Assembly (NCBI GenBank): GCA_963700155.1
Contig: OY969472.1
Span: 1,000,690 to 1,064,689 of the forward strand
Source of the DNA: an uncultured bacterium
Lineage (GTDB): Bacteria > Patescibacteriota > Dojkabacteria > J137
Reading direction: 5' to 3'
DNA: 64,000 nt
In this document: positions 1 through 9,496 of the stretch, piece by piece
Layout: each line of letters begins with the position of its first letter
Position numbering within the stretch: the stretch's first letter is position 1
Translations under genes and position numbers: made by a program
The notes under the pieces: generated by a model
Database searches by the model: none
Told to the model about the DNA's origin: nothing
The model's input: only the letters and a program-made list of their open reading frames with translations

Positions 1-57
1 AAGAAAACAGAAAAAGAGCTTTTACAGATAAAGGGACTTGGTGATAAAGTATCAAAA

Positions 58-3024
58 ATGAATTATTCAGATATGAAATCCAGAGTTGATGAGATGAGAA
101 AAGAGTTAGAACCCCTTCTAGAAAAAGTTCCCGAAGAATCAAAACTTTCAGTTAGGAAAGTAGATAGATTAAAACCTTTACCAAAATATGAAAGAGATAT
201 TCAGGCTAAATTGATGGAATTTTTACCTGAAATTTATGCTTTTATGAATGAAATATATAAAAGAAAGCTGGGTTTCACTTATCATGATGTACAACTTCAG
301 GCTGGTGTAATATTAGCTCAAGGTCAAAGGTTAGTTGAGTTATATACTGGAGAAGGAAAGACCATGACTTTTCAACTTCCTCTTGCTTTATATGCTTTAA
401 CTGGACGAGGTGCTCATCTTATTACCGTTAATGATTATTTATCAAAGAGAGATGGAGAGTATGCTGGACATATTTTAAGCGAATTAGGAATAAGTGTTGG
501 AGTTGTTGCTTCAAATGGTAATTATAGATTTATTAAAGACGATGAAATTAAGACTTATAAAGGAGATGAAGGGGAATCAGCAAGAAAAGAATTAAAACTT
601 CAGATTAATAATATGGATGGGCTTAATTTGATTGAAGTTGATAAAAAAGAAAGCTACAACTGTGATATTACATATGGAACTAACAATGAATTTGGATTTG
701 ACTATCTTAGAGACAATATGACTTGGGATCTTGAAAGTATGGTTCAAAGAGAACTTTATTTCTGCATTATTGATGAAGCAGATTCAATTTTGATTGATGA
801 AGCAAGGACACCATTAATCATATCAGGAGTACCTAGTGATGCAGATACTAAAAAATATATGGAATTTGCAGCAGGTGTAAAAGATTTAGAAGAAGATAAA
901 GATTATGAAATCGATCATAAAACCAGATCTGTAACTTTAACTGAGGATGGAATTTTTAAAGTTGAGGCAAATTTAGGAATTGATAATTTATGGAAAGACT
1001 ACTCTACTGCATATCATATAGAAAATGCTTTAAAGGCTAAAGCAATGTTTAATCGTGATGAACAATACCTTGTTAAAGGTGGAGAAGTTCTAATAGTAGA
1101 TGAATTTACTGGAAGAGTCTTAAAAGGAAGAAGATATTCAGAAGGATTACACCAAGCTATCGAAGCAAAAGAAGGTGTAGAAATCAAACAAGAAAGTAAA
1201 ACTTTTGCAACAATTACTTTCCAAAACTTTTTTAGAATATATAAAGTGCTTTGCGGAGGTTCAGGAACCATTATTACTGAGGCAGAAGAATTTTACAAAA
1301 TTTATGGACTTGAAAGTGTTGCAGTTCCTACAAATAAACCTGTAATAAGAGAAGACTTTCCAGATCAAATATATAAAAGTCAAATGGGAAAATTTAAAGC
1401 AGTAGTTGAAGAAATTAAAGAAAGACATTCAAAGGGCCAGCCTGTGCTGGTTGGTACTGTTTCTGTTGATAAATCAGAACTTCTTTCAAGACTTTTAGAT
1501 GAAGCTGGAATCAAACATGAAGTTCTGAATGCAAAATATCATGAGCAAGAAGCCAAAATTATTGCACAGGCTGGCCGAAAAGGGGCTGTTACAGTTGCAA
1601 CTAATATGGCAGGAAGAGGAGCTGATATAGTTATCGGAGCAGGAACAAGAGGAGATGACGCATGGAAAGAAATTTCAGATATTGGAGGTCTTCATGTGAT
1701 TGGTACGGAAAGGCATGAAGCAAGAAGAATAGATAATCAACTTAGAGGAAGAACGGGTAGACAGGGAGAACCTGGTTCATCAAGATTTTATGTAGCTCTT
1801 GATGACCAACTTATGAAAGTTCTTGGTGGTGAGATTATGCAACGGTTAATGAATATGGTTGGTCTTGATGAAGATATGCCAATACAGCTTAAAATGATTT
1901 CGAGACAGATTGAAACAGCACAGAAAAGAATTGAAGGTATGAACTTTGATTCAAGAAAAAGAGTTGTTGATTATGATGATGTAATGAATCAACACAGAGA
2001 AATTTTCTATGCCAGAAGAAGAAGCTTATTAAGATTATCTGAAGAAGCTTTGAGAAAGTTTGAAAATCATGGAAGAGTTACAAACTTAACTTTGCCAGAG
2101 AACAAATCAAAATTACCTGAATATAAAGAAAAGATTGATAACAGTCGGGAAAAGTTAAGAAAGCAAGTTGAAGAGATAATAAAGCGAAGAATTGATAGTA
2201 AAATTGGTAATTTTTTTAGCAGATATCAGAAAGTTACAGAGAAAAATGTTGAAGAAATGGGGAAAATTATCGCAGATTATCTTCCAGAAAGATTTGTTGC
2301 GAAAGTTCTAGGTGTAAGGGAAGGTGAAGCAGCAAATAAGTTAAAAGATGAACTGTTAGAAAAGAAAAATTTTGAAAATATTAGCACTTATAGTAGTGAA
2401 ATTTTAGATAAAGTCTTTGAAGAAAAGCTAAAAGAGTATGATGAGGATTTTTATTATCTTTCTAAAGTATTAATTCTTCAAGGAATGGATAATCTTTGGA
2501 TTGATCATCTTGAATTAATGAAAGACATAAGAGAAGGAATTAATTTACAATCATACGCTCAAAAAGATCCATTAGTTGAGTATAAAAATGAAGCATTTGT
2601 TATATTTGATTCATTCATAAGAAAGATAGATGAAGATGTTGCACAAAAGGTTCTAAGATTACAAAAAGTAAGCCAGCAACCTTCTATTCAAGGCACAATT
2701 CAGACTAATCAAGAAGATATTGAAGATATAAATACAGGGACACGAGAGTTTATTGAAAGTAGTGATATTGATGAGAGTTCAAAATCAAATTTGTCTTTGA
2801 AAGTTGCTGATGTTGTTTCTAAAGCTTTAAGAGAAAAAGAGAAAAGACAAACTTCAACAAATACAAATGTAACAAGAGAAACTAATAAAAATATAACTGT
2901 TTTAAAGCAGTATGGTAGAAATGATAAAGTAACTGTTAAGTATGGTGATGGAAAGGTTGTTAAAGAGATCAAATATAAAAAAGTTGAAAATGACCTACTT
3001 GAAGGAAAATGTGTAATTGTTTAA
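58..3024 (+). CDS. secA: Preprotein translocase ATPase SecA
   Basis: The 988-aa product has the SecA N-terminal motor motifs (YTGEGKTMTFQLP, LITVNDYLSKRDGE, ITYGTNNEFGFDYLRDNM) and the helicase motor region (TNMAGRGADIV, ERHEARRIDNQLRGRTGRQGEPGSS). The C-terminus is atypical and lacks the CxCxSGKxYKxCHG zinc finger. Confidence 0.95.
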   Translation: MNYSDMKSRVDEMRKELEPLLEKVPEESKLSVRKVDRLKPLPKYERDIQAKLMEFLPEIYAFMNEIYKRKLGFTYHDVQLQAGVILAQGQRLVELYTGEGKTMTFQLPLALYALTGRGAHLITVNDYLSKRDGEYAGHILSELGISVGVVASNGNYRFIKDDEIKTYKGDEGESARKELKLQINNMDGLNLIEVDKKESYNCDITYGTNNEFGFDYLRDNMTWDLESMVQRELYFCIIDEADSILIDEARTPLIISGVPSDADTKKYMEFAAGVKDLEEDKDYEIDHKTRSVTLTEDGIFKVEANLGIDNLWKDYSTAYHIENALKAKAMFNRDEQYLVKGGEVLIVDEFTGRVLKGRRYSEGLHQAIEAKEGVEIKQESKTFATITFQNFFRIYKVLCGGSGTIITEAEEFYKIYGLESVAVPTNKPVIREDFPDQIYKSQMGKFKAVVEEIKERHSKGQPVLVGTVSVDKSELLSRLLDEAGIKHEVLNAKYHEQEAKIIAQAGRKGAVTVATNMAGRGADIVIGAGTRGDDAWKEISDIGGLHVIGTERHEARRIDNQLRGRTGRQGEPGSSRFYVALDDQLMKVLGGEIMQRLMNMVGLDEDMPIQLKMISRQIETAQKRIEGMNFDSRKRVVDYDDVMNQHREIFYARRRSLLRLSEEALRKFENHGRVTNLTLPENKSKLPEYKEKIDNSREKLRKQVEEIIKRRIDSKIGNFFSRYQKVTEKNVEEMGKIIADYLPERFVAKVLGVREGEAANKLKDELLEKKNFENISTYSSEILDKVFEEKLKEYDEDFYYLSKVLILQGMDNLWIDHLELMKDIREGINLQSYAQKDPLVEYKNEAFVIFDSFIRKIDEDVAQKVLRLQKVSQQPSIQGTIQTNQEDIEDINTGTREFIESSDIDESSKSNLSLKVADVVSKALREKEKRQTSTNTNVTRETNKNITVLKQYGRNDKVTVKYGDGKVVKEIKYKKVENDLLEGKCVIV

Positions 3025-3045
3025 GTTGAGAATTAGGTTTGAGTT

Positions 3046-3777
3046 ATGAATTCAATAAAAAAATTAATTATTGCTTTTATACGGCTTTCTAGGATTAGAA
3101 CAATATTTGAATATTATTGGTGGGTATTAATAGTGTCAATTATTGCTTCAGGATTACATCTAACTTTGATTAATTATGTATTAGCTACACTAATAACTAT
3201 TTCGATTCATGCGTATTCTTTCATTGTCAATGACTGTGAAGATGCAGATGATGATTCAATGGATTCTAAAAAAGCAAAAAGAAATCCTGTTTCATCTGGC
3301 TTTATAACTTATCGACAAGGAATACTAATTTTACAACTCACTTCTTTCCCTGCTTTAATTTTATCGTATGTTATTTCTGGCCCGGTAGGAGTAATAGTTA
3401 TTTTATCAGCGATTTTTGCTGGGCATTTATATTCATGGAAAAGAGTAAGATTAAAAAGTCTTCCTTTTATTGATTTGGTTTCTCATGCTTATGCTTTAGG
3501 TATGTTTCAGGTTTTATATTTTATGATATTACCAGGAGCTGAAATATCCGTGGGGTCATTCTTGATTTTTTATGGAATCGGTTTATTTTCCTCAGGTGGT
3601 GCTTTATATAATCAGTTAAGAGATCACGAAGTAGATCAAAAATCTGGATTGAATAATACTACTAATGTTATTGGATATGATAGAAGTCGACTTCTTGCTA
3701 TGGGGTTATATTCAGTTGGATTGTTATTTATAATTGCTGGAATTGCTGAAAGGATATTTGTTTTTAAAATTTTATAA
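3046..3777 (+). CDS. UbiA-family prenyltransferase (polytopic membrane protein)
   Basis: Multiple TM segments and the Asp-rich motif NDCEDADDD fit an aromatic prenyltransferase. Confidence 0.5.
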   Translation: MNSIKKLIIAFIRLSRIRTIFEYYWWVLIVSIIASGLHLTLINYVLATLITISIHAYSFIVNDCEDADDDSMDSKKAKRNPVSSGFITYRQGILILQLTSFPALILSYVISGPVGVIVILSAIFAGHLYSWKRVRLKSLPFIDLVSHAYALGMFQVLYFMILPGAEISVGSFLIFYGIGLFSSGGALYNQLRDHEVDQKSGLNNTTNVIGYDRSRLLAMGLYSVGLLFIIAGIAERIFVFKIL

Positions 3778-5019
3778 TTTTAGCTCTCCTTCACTACCCA
3801 ACTTCCAGAATGCGACACCTTTAAGGCCATAATCAGCAGCAAGTTGCTTTCTTAATTGAATAGATTCATCAGTAGGAAAAACTACAATCCTTGAGACTCC
3901 ATTGTAATCATACCTCCCGATAGCTTCGCCCCAGATTTCATTGAATGAATAATCTAGATTGTAGTTTTTAATAACCTTCTCTACTCCACTATGATAATAA
4001 GCATCTCCTGGTTCTAAGTTAAAGATGCTTCCCAGACCTGTGTAATCAGTAGAAAGATTAATTGAAGATGCAATTCGGCGGTCGCTCCAATCGTAGGCAT
4101 ATGTTGGAACTCCTAAAACGATTTTTTCGCGAGGAACTCCCGAAAAAATCGCATATTGTATTACTCTTTCGAGCCACTCTAATGGAGCGACCGGCCCAGC
4201 TTCATCTGAATCTCTTCCATAAAAATCATAAGTCATTATCCTGATCTCATCTACAATATCTGAAATTTGTTTATAATCTTGAACTTGCCTTGTTTGTGGA
4301 TGTCCTAAATAGACAACTACATCACTCCACTTTGGAAGTGCGGTAAATACTAAAGATTTATTTTCTGAAGATAATTCTGATTTCAAATCAGTTAAGAGTT
4401 TAATAAAAATTTGTTTGTCTTCCAGTTTTGTATCTTCAAAATCAAGATCAATACCAGCATAATTATTTTTATCTACAATGCTCATCACATCTTTCATAAA
4501 AATTTTATACTTTTCTTTATCCTCGAATATCTTTGAAAATAAATCAGCATCAAATAATGGAATGGTAGGAATAAGATGAATATTGTTGTCTATCGCAAAA
4601 TCTTTTATATCTTGATTAGTGGAGTTCGAAACTTCTTTTATATGACCATCTTCTTGAGGCATCAACCAGAATGGACTTACACTATAAAATTCATTTGAAA
4701 AATTTTTTAAAGTTTCGAAACCAGCTTCTAACCCCCAATCAGGAATCCATCCAGTATTTTTCAAGCTAATAACCGGTTTTGGCTCTTTGGGTATTGATTT
4801 TAAAGCGTTTTCTTCTAAAGCAAATCTTTCACTAAAACTAAGATAACTTACAGGAGTCTCAACAGGATTATTTAATAAATCATCATTAGTTAAACTTTTT
4901 GAATTATTGATGTTATTTAGTAAATCAAAATTTGAAAAATGAAAAAATAATAACCCTACAATTGAGAAGATTACTAAAATAATTATTAATCCGATTGTTC
5001 TTGAACTTCTCAATTGCAT
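3772..5019 (-). CDS. Glycoside hydrolase family 18 domain protein (YaaH-like), membrane anchored
   Basis: It has an N-terminal TM helix and the GH18 catalytic motif GIDLDFED (the DxDxE variant with DFE, as in YaaH-type enzymes). Confidence 0.55.
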   Translation of the reverse strand: MQLRSSRTIGLIIILVIFSIVGLLFFHFSNFDLLNNINNSKSLTNDDLLNNPVETPVSYLSFSERFALEENALKSIPKEPKPVISLKNTGWIPDWGLEAGFETLKNFSNEFYSVSPFWLMPQEDGHIKEVSNSTNQDIKDFAIDNNIHLIPTIPLFDADLFSKIFEDKEKYKIFMKDVMSIVDKNNYAGIDLDFEDTKLEDKQIFIKLLTDLKSELSSENKSLVFTALPKWSDVVVYLGHPQTRQVQDYKQISDIVDEIRIMTYDFYGRDSDEAGPVAPLEWLERVIQYAIFSGVPREKIVLGVPTYAYDWSDRRIASSINLSTDYTGLGSIFNLEPGDAYYHSGVEKVIKNYNLDYSFNEIWGEAIGRYDYNGVSRIVVFPTDESIQLRKQLAADYGLKGVAFWKLGSEGELKL

Positions 5020-5027
5020 TTAATATG

Positions 5028-6179
5028 TTAAAACAAAGTAGTAGTTTCAGATTCTTTTTCTGTAGTAATTTCAAGTGAAGTTTCTGTTTCTGAATCCTCA
5101 AGTTTAATTTTATCTACGGTTTTCATAAGCTGATTAGTTCTTGTTCTGTCAACTAATTCATATTGTTTGCTGAGTGAGCTGATTCTATCACCCATTTTTT
5201 GAAATTCTTCATTATATTTTACCCATTCTTTTTCAAAAGTTTTTATATATGAAATGATTTTTTGGGTATCTTTCTGGTATTTAAAATTATTGTAAGCCTG
5301 ACGGACCATTCTTAAAATTGCAGTAAAACTGAATGGTCCGGCAAATATAACTTTATTTCCCATAGCTTCCATCCAGATATCGTTCATCTTTTCATAAATA
5401 TAAGAAAAAATCATTTCATTAGGAATAAATAAAATTACAAAATCAACGGTATTATCTTCAGGATTAATATAATCTCTCGTAGTAACCTGTTTTATTTTGG
5501 CTTTAACATCTGATTTGAATGCTTGATCATATTTAGTCCTCTGTACTGGATCATCTGTCTCTGACATTTTTTGAAGATTACTGAATGGAAATTTTGAGTC
5601 CACATTTATTCTTGCTCCGTCTGGAAGGAATATACAAAAATCAGGTCTTGTTTCAGAACCTGCCTGTTCTTTATTAAATTCATAATCAGTACCTCTTACA
5701 AATCCTGTCATTTTTAAGAGATCATCAGCGACCTGTTCTCCAAAAGCCCCTCGCATCTGATTGTTTGATAAAACTTTTCTTAAATTTTCTGCAGATACTG
5801 ACAATTGTTCAGTTAATTTCTTTTGACTTTCCATTTCCTGTTTTAAAGCCATAAATGTTCCAACTCTTTCTTTCTCTGCAACTTCAAGTTTATTACTGTT
5901 TTTAGTAAGTTCTTCAAGAACTTGTTTGACCATTTTTTCCATTGCTTCCCTTTTATTAGCTAAGTCACTGGAAATTTCTTTTTTCTCAGCACCTAGTTTT
6001 TCATTTGCTAATAGAACTAATTGTTCGTTAGCATTTTTCATAACTTGAGGAAAAAGTTCATTAAGCTTATTTTCAATATCTTTAGAAACATCAGGCGGTT
6101 GTACTTTACCTTGTCGTGCAATAAGAATCACTACTCCAAAAATTAGGACTATAAGTAGAGCTAAAATTACTATTTCCAT
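5028..6179 (-). CDS. rmuC: DNA recombination protein RmuC
   Basis: It has an N-terminal TM helix, a long coiled-coil, and the C-terminal nuclease-like core RPDFCIFLPDGARINVDSKFPF typical of RmuC. Confidence 0.75.
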   Translation of the reverse strand: MEIVILALLIVLIFGVVILIARQGKVQPPDVSKDIENKLNELFPQVMKNANEQLVLLANEKLGAEKKEISSDLANKREAMEKMVKQVLEELTKNSNKLEVAEKERVGTFMALKQEMESQKKLTEQLSVSAENLRKVLSNNQMRGAFGEQVADDLLKMTGFVRGTDYEFNKEQAGSETRPDFCIFLPDGARINVDSKFPFSNLQKMSETDDPVQRTKYDQAFKSDVKAKIKQVTTRDYINPEDNTVDFVILFIPNEMIFSYIYEKMNDIWMEAMGNKVIFAGPFSFTAILRMVRQAYNNFKYQKDTQKIISYIKTFEKEWVKYNEEFQKMGDRISSLSKQYELVDRTRTNQLMKTVDKIKLEDSETETSLEITTEKESETTTLF

Positions 6180-6333
6180 ATTATAAATTTAAAAACTGGT
6201 TTACTGTTAATTCTATCACAGCAGGAAGAATTACATCTTATGTTTTAGCATAGATATACCATTTACATAATGAATGAGACAAAAAACAACGAAATTTGGT
6301 ATAATTCGCTAATTTAAATATTATATCAAGTAA

Positions 6334-6726
6334 ATGTCAGATGATTTCTTAAAATCTAATGATAATAAACTAGAAATTACAGATAGTAACTTAGAAATAT
6401 GTAAAAAGAAATTTAAGCAGAAGTTTACTCTAGATATTGCACATAAAATTATTGAAATAATAGAGAAAGGTTTAACTGGTCAAGCTATTGCAAAAGCTTT
6501 TTCCGGAATAAATCACCCCTTTTTCAATTCAGGATATGTCAACAGTTGGTTAATGTCTGAATACCGAAATACGTGGCTTACTAGCAGTCATAGAAATTCT
6601 TGGCTAACTCATTCTGGGATGAGTTTAGCGGTTGACCTGTTTATAAAAGAAATGTTTGATAATCTTATAGATGTTGAAATAAAATACCTACAACATAATT
6701 TTAGGACTTCAAGTAGTGAAAGCTAA
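6334..6726 (+). CDS. Hypothetical protein with internal (Y/H)RN(T/S)WLT repeats
   Basis: ORF only. It contains the short repeats SEYRNTWLTSSHRNSWLT. Confidence 0.3.
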   Translation: MSDDFLKSNDNKLEITDSNLEICKKKFKQKFTLDIAHKIIEIIEKGLTGQAIAKAFSGINHPFFNSGYVNSWLMSEYRNTWLTSSHRNSWLTHSGMSLAVDLFIKEMFDNLIDVEIKYLQHNFRTSSSES

Positions 6727-6823
6727 TCCCCTAGGTAACTAATTCAGTTATAATTATCAAGTAATATTTTTTGAATAGATAAAAATCCAAGCTTTTTTTT
6801 AACTAAAATAACTTTTACCCTTC

Positions 6824-7048
6824 CTAGTATTTTTCCTTCTCAATTATTACCCATTTCCGAATAGAACTTGCAGTTCCATAAGCTTTTAATACCCTTTCGC
6901 TTTCTTTTGGTCGAACATACCCCCTTATTCTCCTCATTGAAGTTTCAAAATTTTTAGAAACATTAGATAGCTCAATCTTATTTTGTCTTGTAATAAGTAA
7001 AACCACTCCGAGAATTAATACTATTGAAAGCACAATTATGATTTCCAT
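6824..7048 (-). pseudogene. RmuC N-terminal paralog/fragment (74 aa)
   Basis: The first ~33 residues, MEIIIVLSIVLILGVVLLITRQNK..NVSKN, align with the RmuC N-terminus MEIVILALLIVLIFGVVILIARQGK..DVSKD. After that it diverges and stops. Confidence 0.3.
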
Positions 7049-7099
7049 AAAATATTAATGAAAATTAAGTGTTTATAGCATAGTGTATACTATCTCGCG

Positions 7100-7430
7100 T
7101 CAAATTTCTTTAAGGAATCAGGACCCTGAAAAGGGTCCTGTGTTGTCAAGCATATCTTTGTCGACAGCTGCCTATAAGCAAGCTTTAGTCGATTCCGAAT
7201 ATGCTCCAAGTGAGCTCATGTTCATCTGTGGGGTCCACCTGGAGGTAGAGTGGGATTTGGAAATCCTTTATACAGTCTCACATGAGCTCTCTGAACTCAA
7301 AGCAACTTTTATTTTGAATTCAGAAAACTAAGGTGTCTCAGGAGGCTTCAGAGAAGCCTCCTGATGAGCGGGGAAAGGAATAATGTTTTACAGGGAGCGT
7401 CACACCTTGTAACACAATCCTTTCCCCTCG
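7100..7430. ncRNA. Structured noncoding element of unknown family upstream of lepA
   Basis: The segment is locally GC-enriched relative to its AT-rich flanks. It contains several perfect hairpins: 7119-7140 (8 bp, GAAA-type loop), 7212-7220 paired with 7281-7289 (9 bp, long-range), 7338-7364 (12 bp), and 7370-7379 paired with 7418-7427 (10 bp). I could not match bacterial RNase P P4, tmRNA or SRP consensus. The overlapping 82-aa ORF is probably spurious. Confidence 0.3.
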
Positions 7431-7606
7431 TAGAGTTAAAGACAGTGAAGGATCCTTCCTATCACTTTGCCTTTAGAGCTCTATATTCTTATAACTAAAA
7501 TATTTAATTATGAAAGTACAAAGCTTTAGTTAAATTATATGATAATAGCTAATATCTGTCTATCTGTATTACCTTTCTGTTATAATTACACGTTTAACAA
7601 ATTACT

Positions 7607-9496
7607 ATGAATGATACATCAAAAATCCGAAATTTCTGCATTATTGCTCATATTGATCATGGGAAATCTACTCTAGCTGATAGGCTGATTGAATTTACAG
7701 GAGCAGTATCTCGAAGAGATATGAAAGATAGGATAATGGATACTCTTGAGCTTGAGCAGGAGCGAGGTATTACTATAAAACTACAGACAGCAAGATTGAA
7801 ATATAAAGATTATATTTTGAATTTGATTGATACACCAGGTCATGTCGACTTCAGCTATGAAGTTTCTAGATCTGTTGCAGCTTCTGAAGGAGCATTGCTT
7901 TTAGTTGATGCTACTCAAGGAATTCAAGCTCAAACTCTCACAACAGTTTACAAAGCTATGGAATATGATTTAAAAATCATCCCGGTAATAAATAAAATTG
8001 ACATGGATATAGCTGAAGTCGACAAAACAAAACAAGAGATGATTGATACTTTTGGCTTTACTGAAGAAGAAATTATTTTAGCATCAGGAAAAACAGGTGT
8101 TGGTGTCGAAGAAATTTTAGACGAAATAATTGCTAAAGTTCCACCCCCAAATAAGGAAAATGATGTTCTTTATGATGAAACCAGAGATAAAGATATAGTT
8201 AAAGCTTTAGTTTTCGATGCTTTTTTTCATGAATTTAAAGGAGTAACAGCTTTAATAAAAATAGTTTCTGGTGAGATTAAAAAGGATGAAAAAGTATATT
8301 TTTATAGCACTGAAACTGAAGTTCATCCAGTTGAAATTGGATATTTAACTCCTAAAATGTTACCTTCGGAAGTAATTAAAGAAGGTGAAGTTGGATACAT
8401 TGCAACTGGATTAAAAGATATTCACAAAGTACACTCCGGGGATACTGTTACTCTATTTAAAAGTGATAATTCACATTTAAAAATTTTCCCTCTGAAAGGT
8501 TATCGACAACCAAAACCTATGGTTTATGCTAGTTTGTACCCTGTTGAGGCTGACGATTTTGTTCAATTTAAAGAAGCTCTTGAAAAATTATCTTTAAATG
8601 ATGCAGCTTTAACTTATCAAAAAGAATATTCTCAAGCCTTAGGAACAGGATATGTTTGTGGATTTTTAGGATTACTCCATTTAGAGATTACACAAGATAG
8701 ATTAGAACGTGAATATGGAATAGATTTAGTGAGTACAATGCCTACAGTAGAATTTAGAGTAAAACTTTCTACGAAAGATTATTCAAAAATAGTGAATATT
8801 AAAGCATCAAATATTCAAAAAGATGAAAATATTGCAATTGTTAGAACTGCAGCTGAATTTCCAGAAGGGAGCTTGTTCGAGGAAGTTTTTGAGCCCTGGG
8901 TAAAGCTTCAAGTTATTACACCGGAAGAATATATTGGCCCAATAATGGAGCTCTGTCAAAAAGCTCGAGGAATTTATAAATCAATGAACTTTTTAAGTAA
9001 AAATACTAATGCTGCACAGCATGCAATTATCGAGTACGAAATTCCAACTCTCGAGATAATTGTTAATTTTTTTGATAAATTAAAATCAATCAGTCATGGT
9101 TATGCCTCTATGGATTATGAGTTTTTGGAATATAGAAAGGGAGATATTGTTAAAGTTGCGATCCTTGTTAATAATGAACCGGCTGAATCTTTATCATTTT
9201 TAACTCATAGAGATAATGCGCAAAGAAAAGGTAGAGATATGGTTGCAAAATTAAAGGATTTAATTCCTAAACAGCAGTTTAAAGTTCCAATTCAAGCTGC
9301 AATTGGCTCACAGATTATTGCTAGAGAAACAATTGATGCATATAAAAAAGATGTTTTAGCTCATTTATATGGTGGTGATGTTACCAGAAAACTGAAATTG
9401 TTAGAGAAGCAGAAGAAAGGTAAGAAAAAGATGAAAGCAATTGGAAATGTTGAAATTCCAAAAGAAGCTTTTTTAGCAGCTTTGAAAATAGACTAA
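7607..9496 (+). CDS. lepA: Elongation factor 4 (LepA)
   Basis: The N-terminus NFCIIAHIDHGKSTLADRL, the DTPGHVDFSYEV and NKID GTPase motifs, and the LepA-specific C-terminal domain are present. Confidence 0.95.
   Translation: MNDTSKIRNFCIIAHIDHGKSTLADRLIEFTGAVSRRDMKDRIMDTLELEQERGITIKLQTARLKYKDYILNLIDTPGHVDFSYEVSRSVAASEGALLLVDATQGIQAQTLTTVYKAMEYDLKIIPVINKIDMDIAEVDKTKQEMIDTFGFTEEEIILASGKTGVGVEEILDEIIAKVPPPNKENDVLYDETRDKDIVKALVFDAFFHEFKGVTALIKIVSGEIKKDEKVYFYSTETEVHPVEIGYLTPKMLPSEVIKEGEVGYIATGLKDIHKVHSGDTVTLFKSDNSHLKIFPLKGYRQPKPMVYASLYPVEADDFVQFKEALEKLSLNDAALTYQKEYSQALGTGYVCGFLGLLHLEITQDRLEREYGIDLVSTMPTVEFRVKLSTKDYSKIVNIKASNIQKDENIAIVRTAAEFPEGSLFEEVFEPWVKLQVITPEEYIGPIMELCQKARGIYKSMNFLSKNTNAAQHAIIEYEIPTLEIIVNFFDKLKSISHGYASMDYEFLEYRKGDIVKVAILVNNEPAESLSFLTHRDNAQRKGRDMVAKLKDLIPKQQFKVPIQAAIGSQIIARETIDAYKKDVLAHLYGGDVTRKLKLLEKQKKGKKKMKAIGNVEIPKEAFLAALKID

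Noticed and set aside
1014-1271. Antisense or overlapping short ORFs from the track. The ranges are 1014..1271, 2709..2972, 4062..4244, 11068..11289, 10976..11197, 12372..12584, 13468..13656, 20305..20511, 24853..25047, 27533..27718, 27841..28110, 28933..29337, 31115..31465, 35062..35334, 37356..37601, 41590..41799, 41890..42081, 42360..42554, 48371..48595, 48639..48881, 51086..51691, 52558..52770, 53016..53243, 54542..54886, 56179..56367, 57518..57724, 58963..59211, 60957..61145 and 62597..62962.
   Set aside because: Each lies within, or antisense to, a longer ORF with clear homology motifs. None has an RBS context, and in an AT-rich genome such frames arise by chance.
7083-7331. 82-aa ORF inside the structured element
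   Set aside because: It runs through several perfect RNA helices, has no SD, and its GC is atypical for coding sequence here. I treat it as an artefact of the noncoding element.
7100-7430. Identification of the structured element as RNase P RNA, tmRNA, SRP RNA or 6S RNA
   Set aside because: I could not find RNase P P4/CR-I/CR-IV strings. I found no tRNA-like T-arm or GGGG...CCACCA pairing and no tag reading frame ending in Ala-Ala-stop, which rules against tmRNA. There is no GGAA-capped domain IV with AGCAGC bulges, which rules against SRP RNA. There is no single long bubble helix, which rules against 6S RNA. One 5' segment on the minus strand (GCATATTCGGAATCGAC) vaguely resembles the tmRNA 5' end, but no matching 3' end exists.
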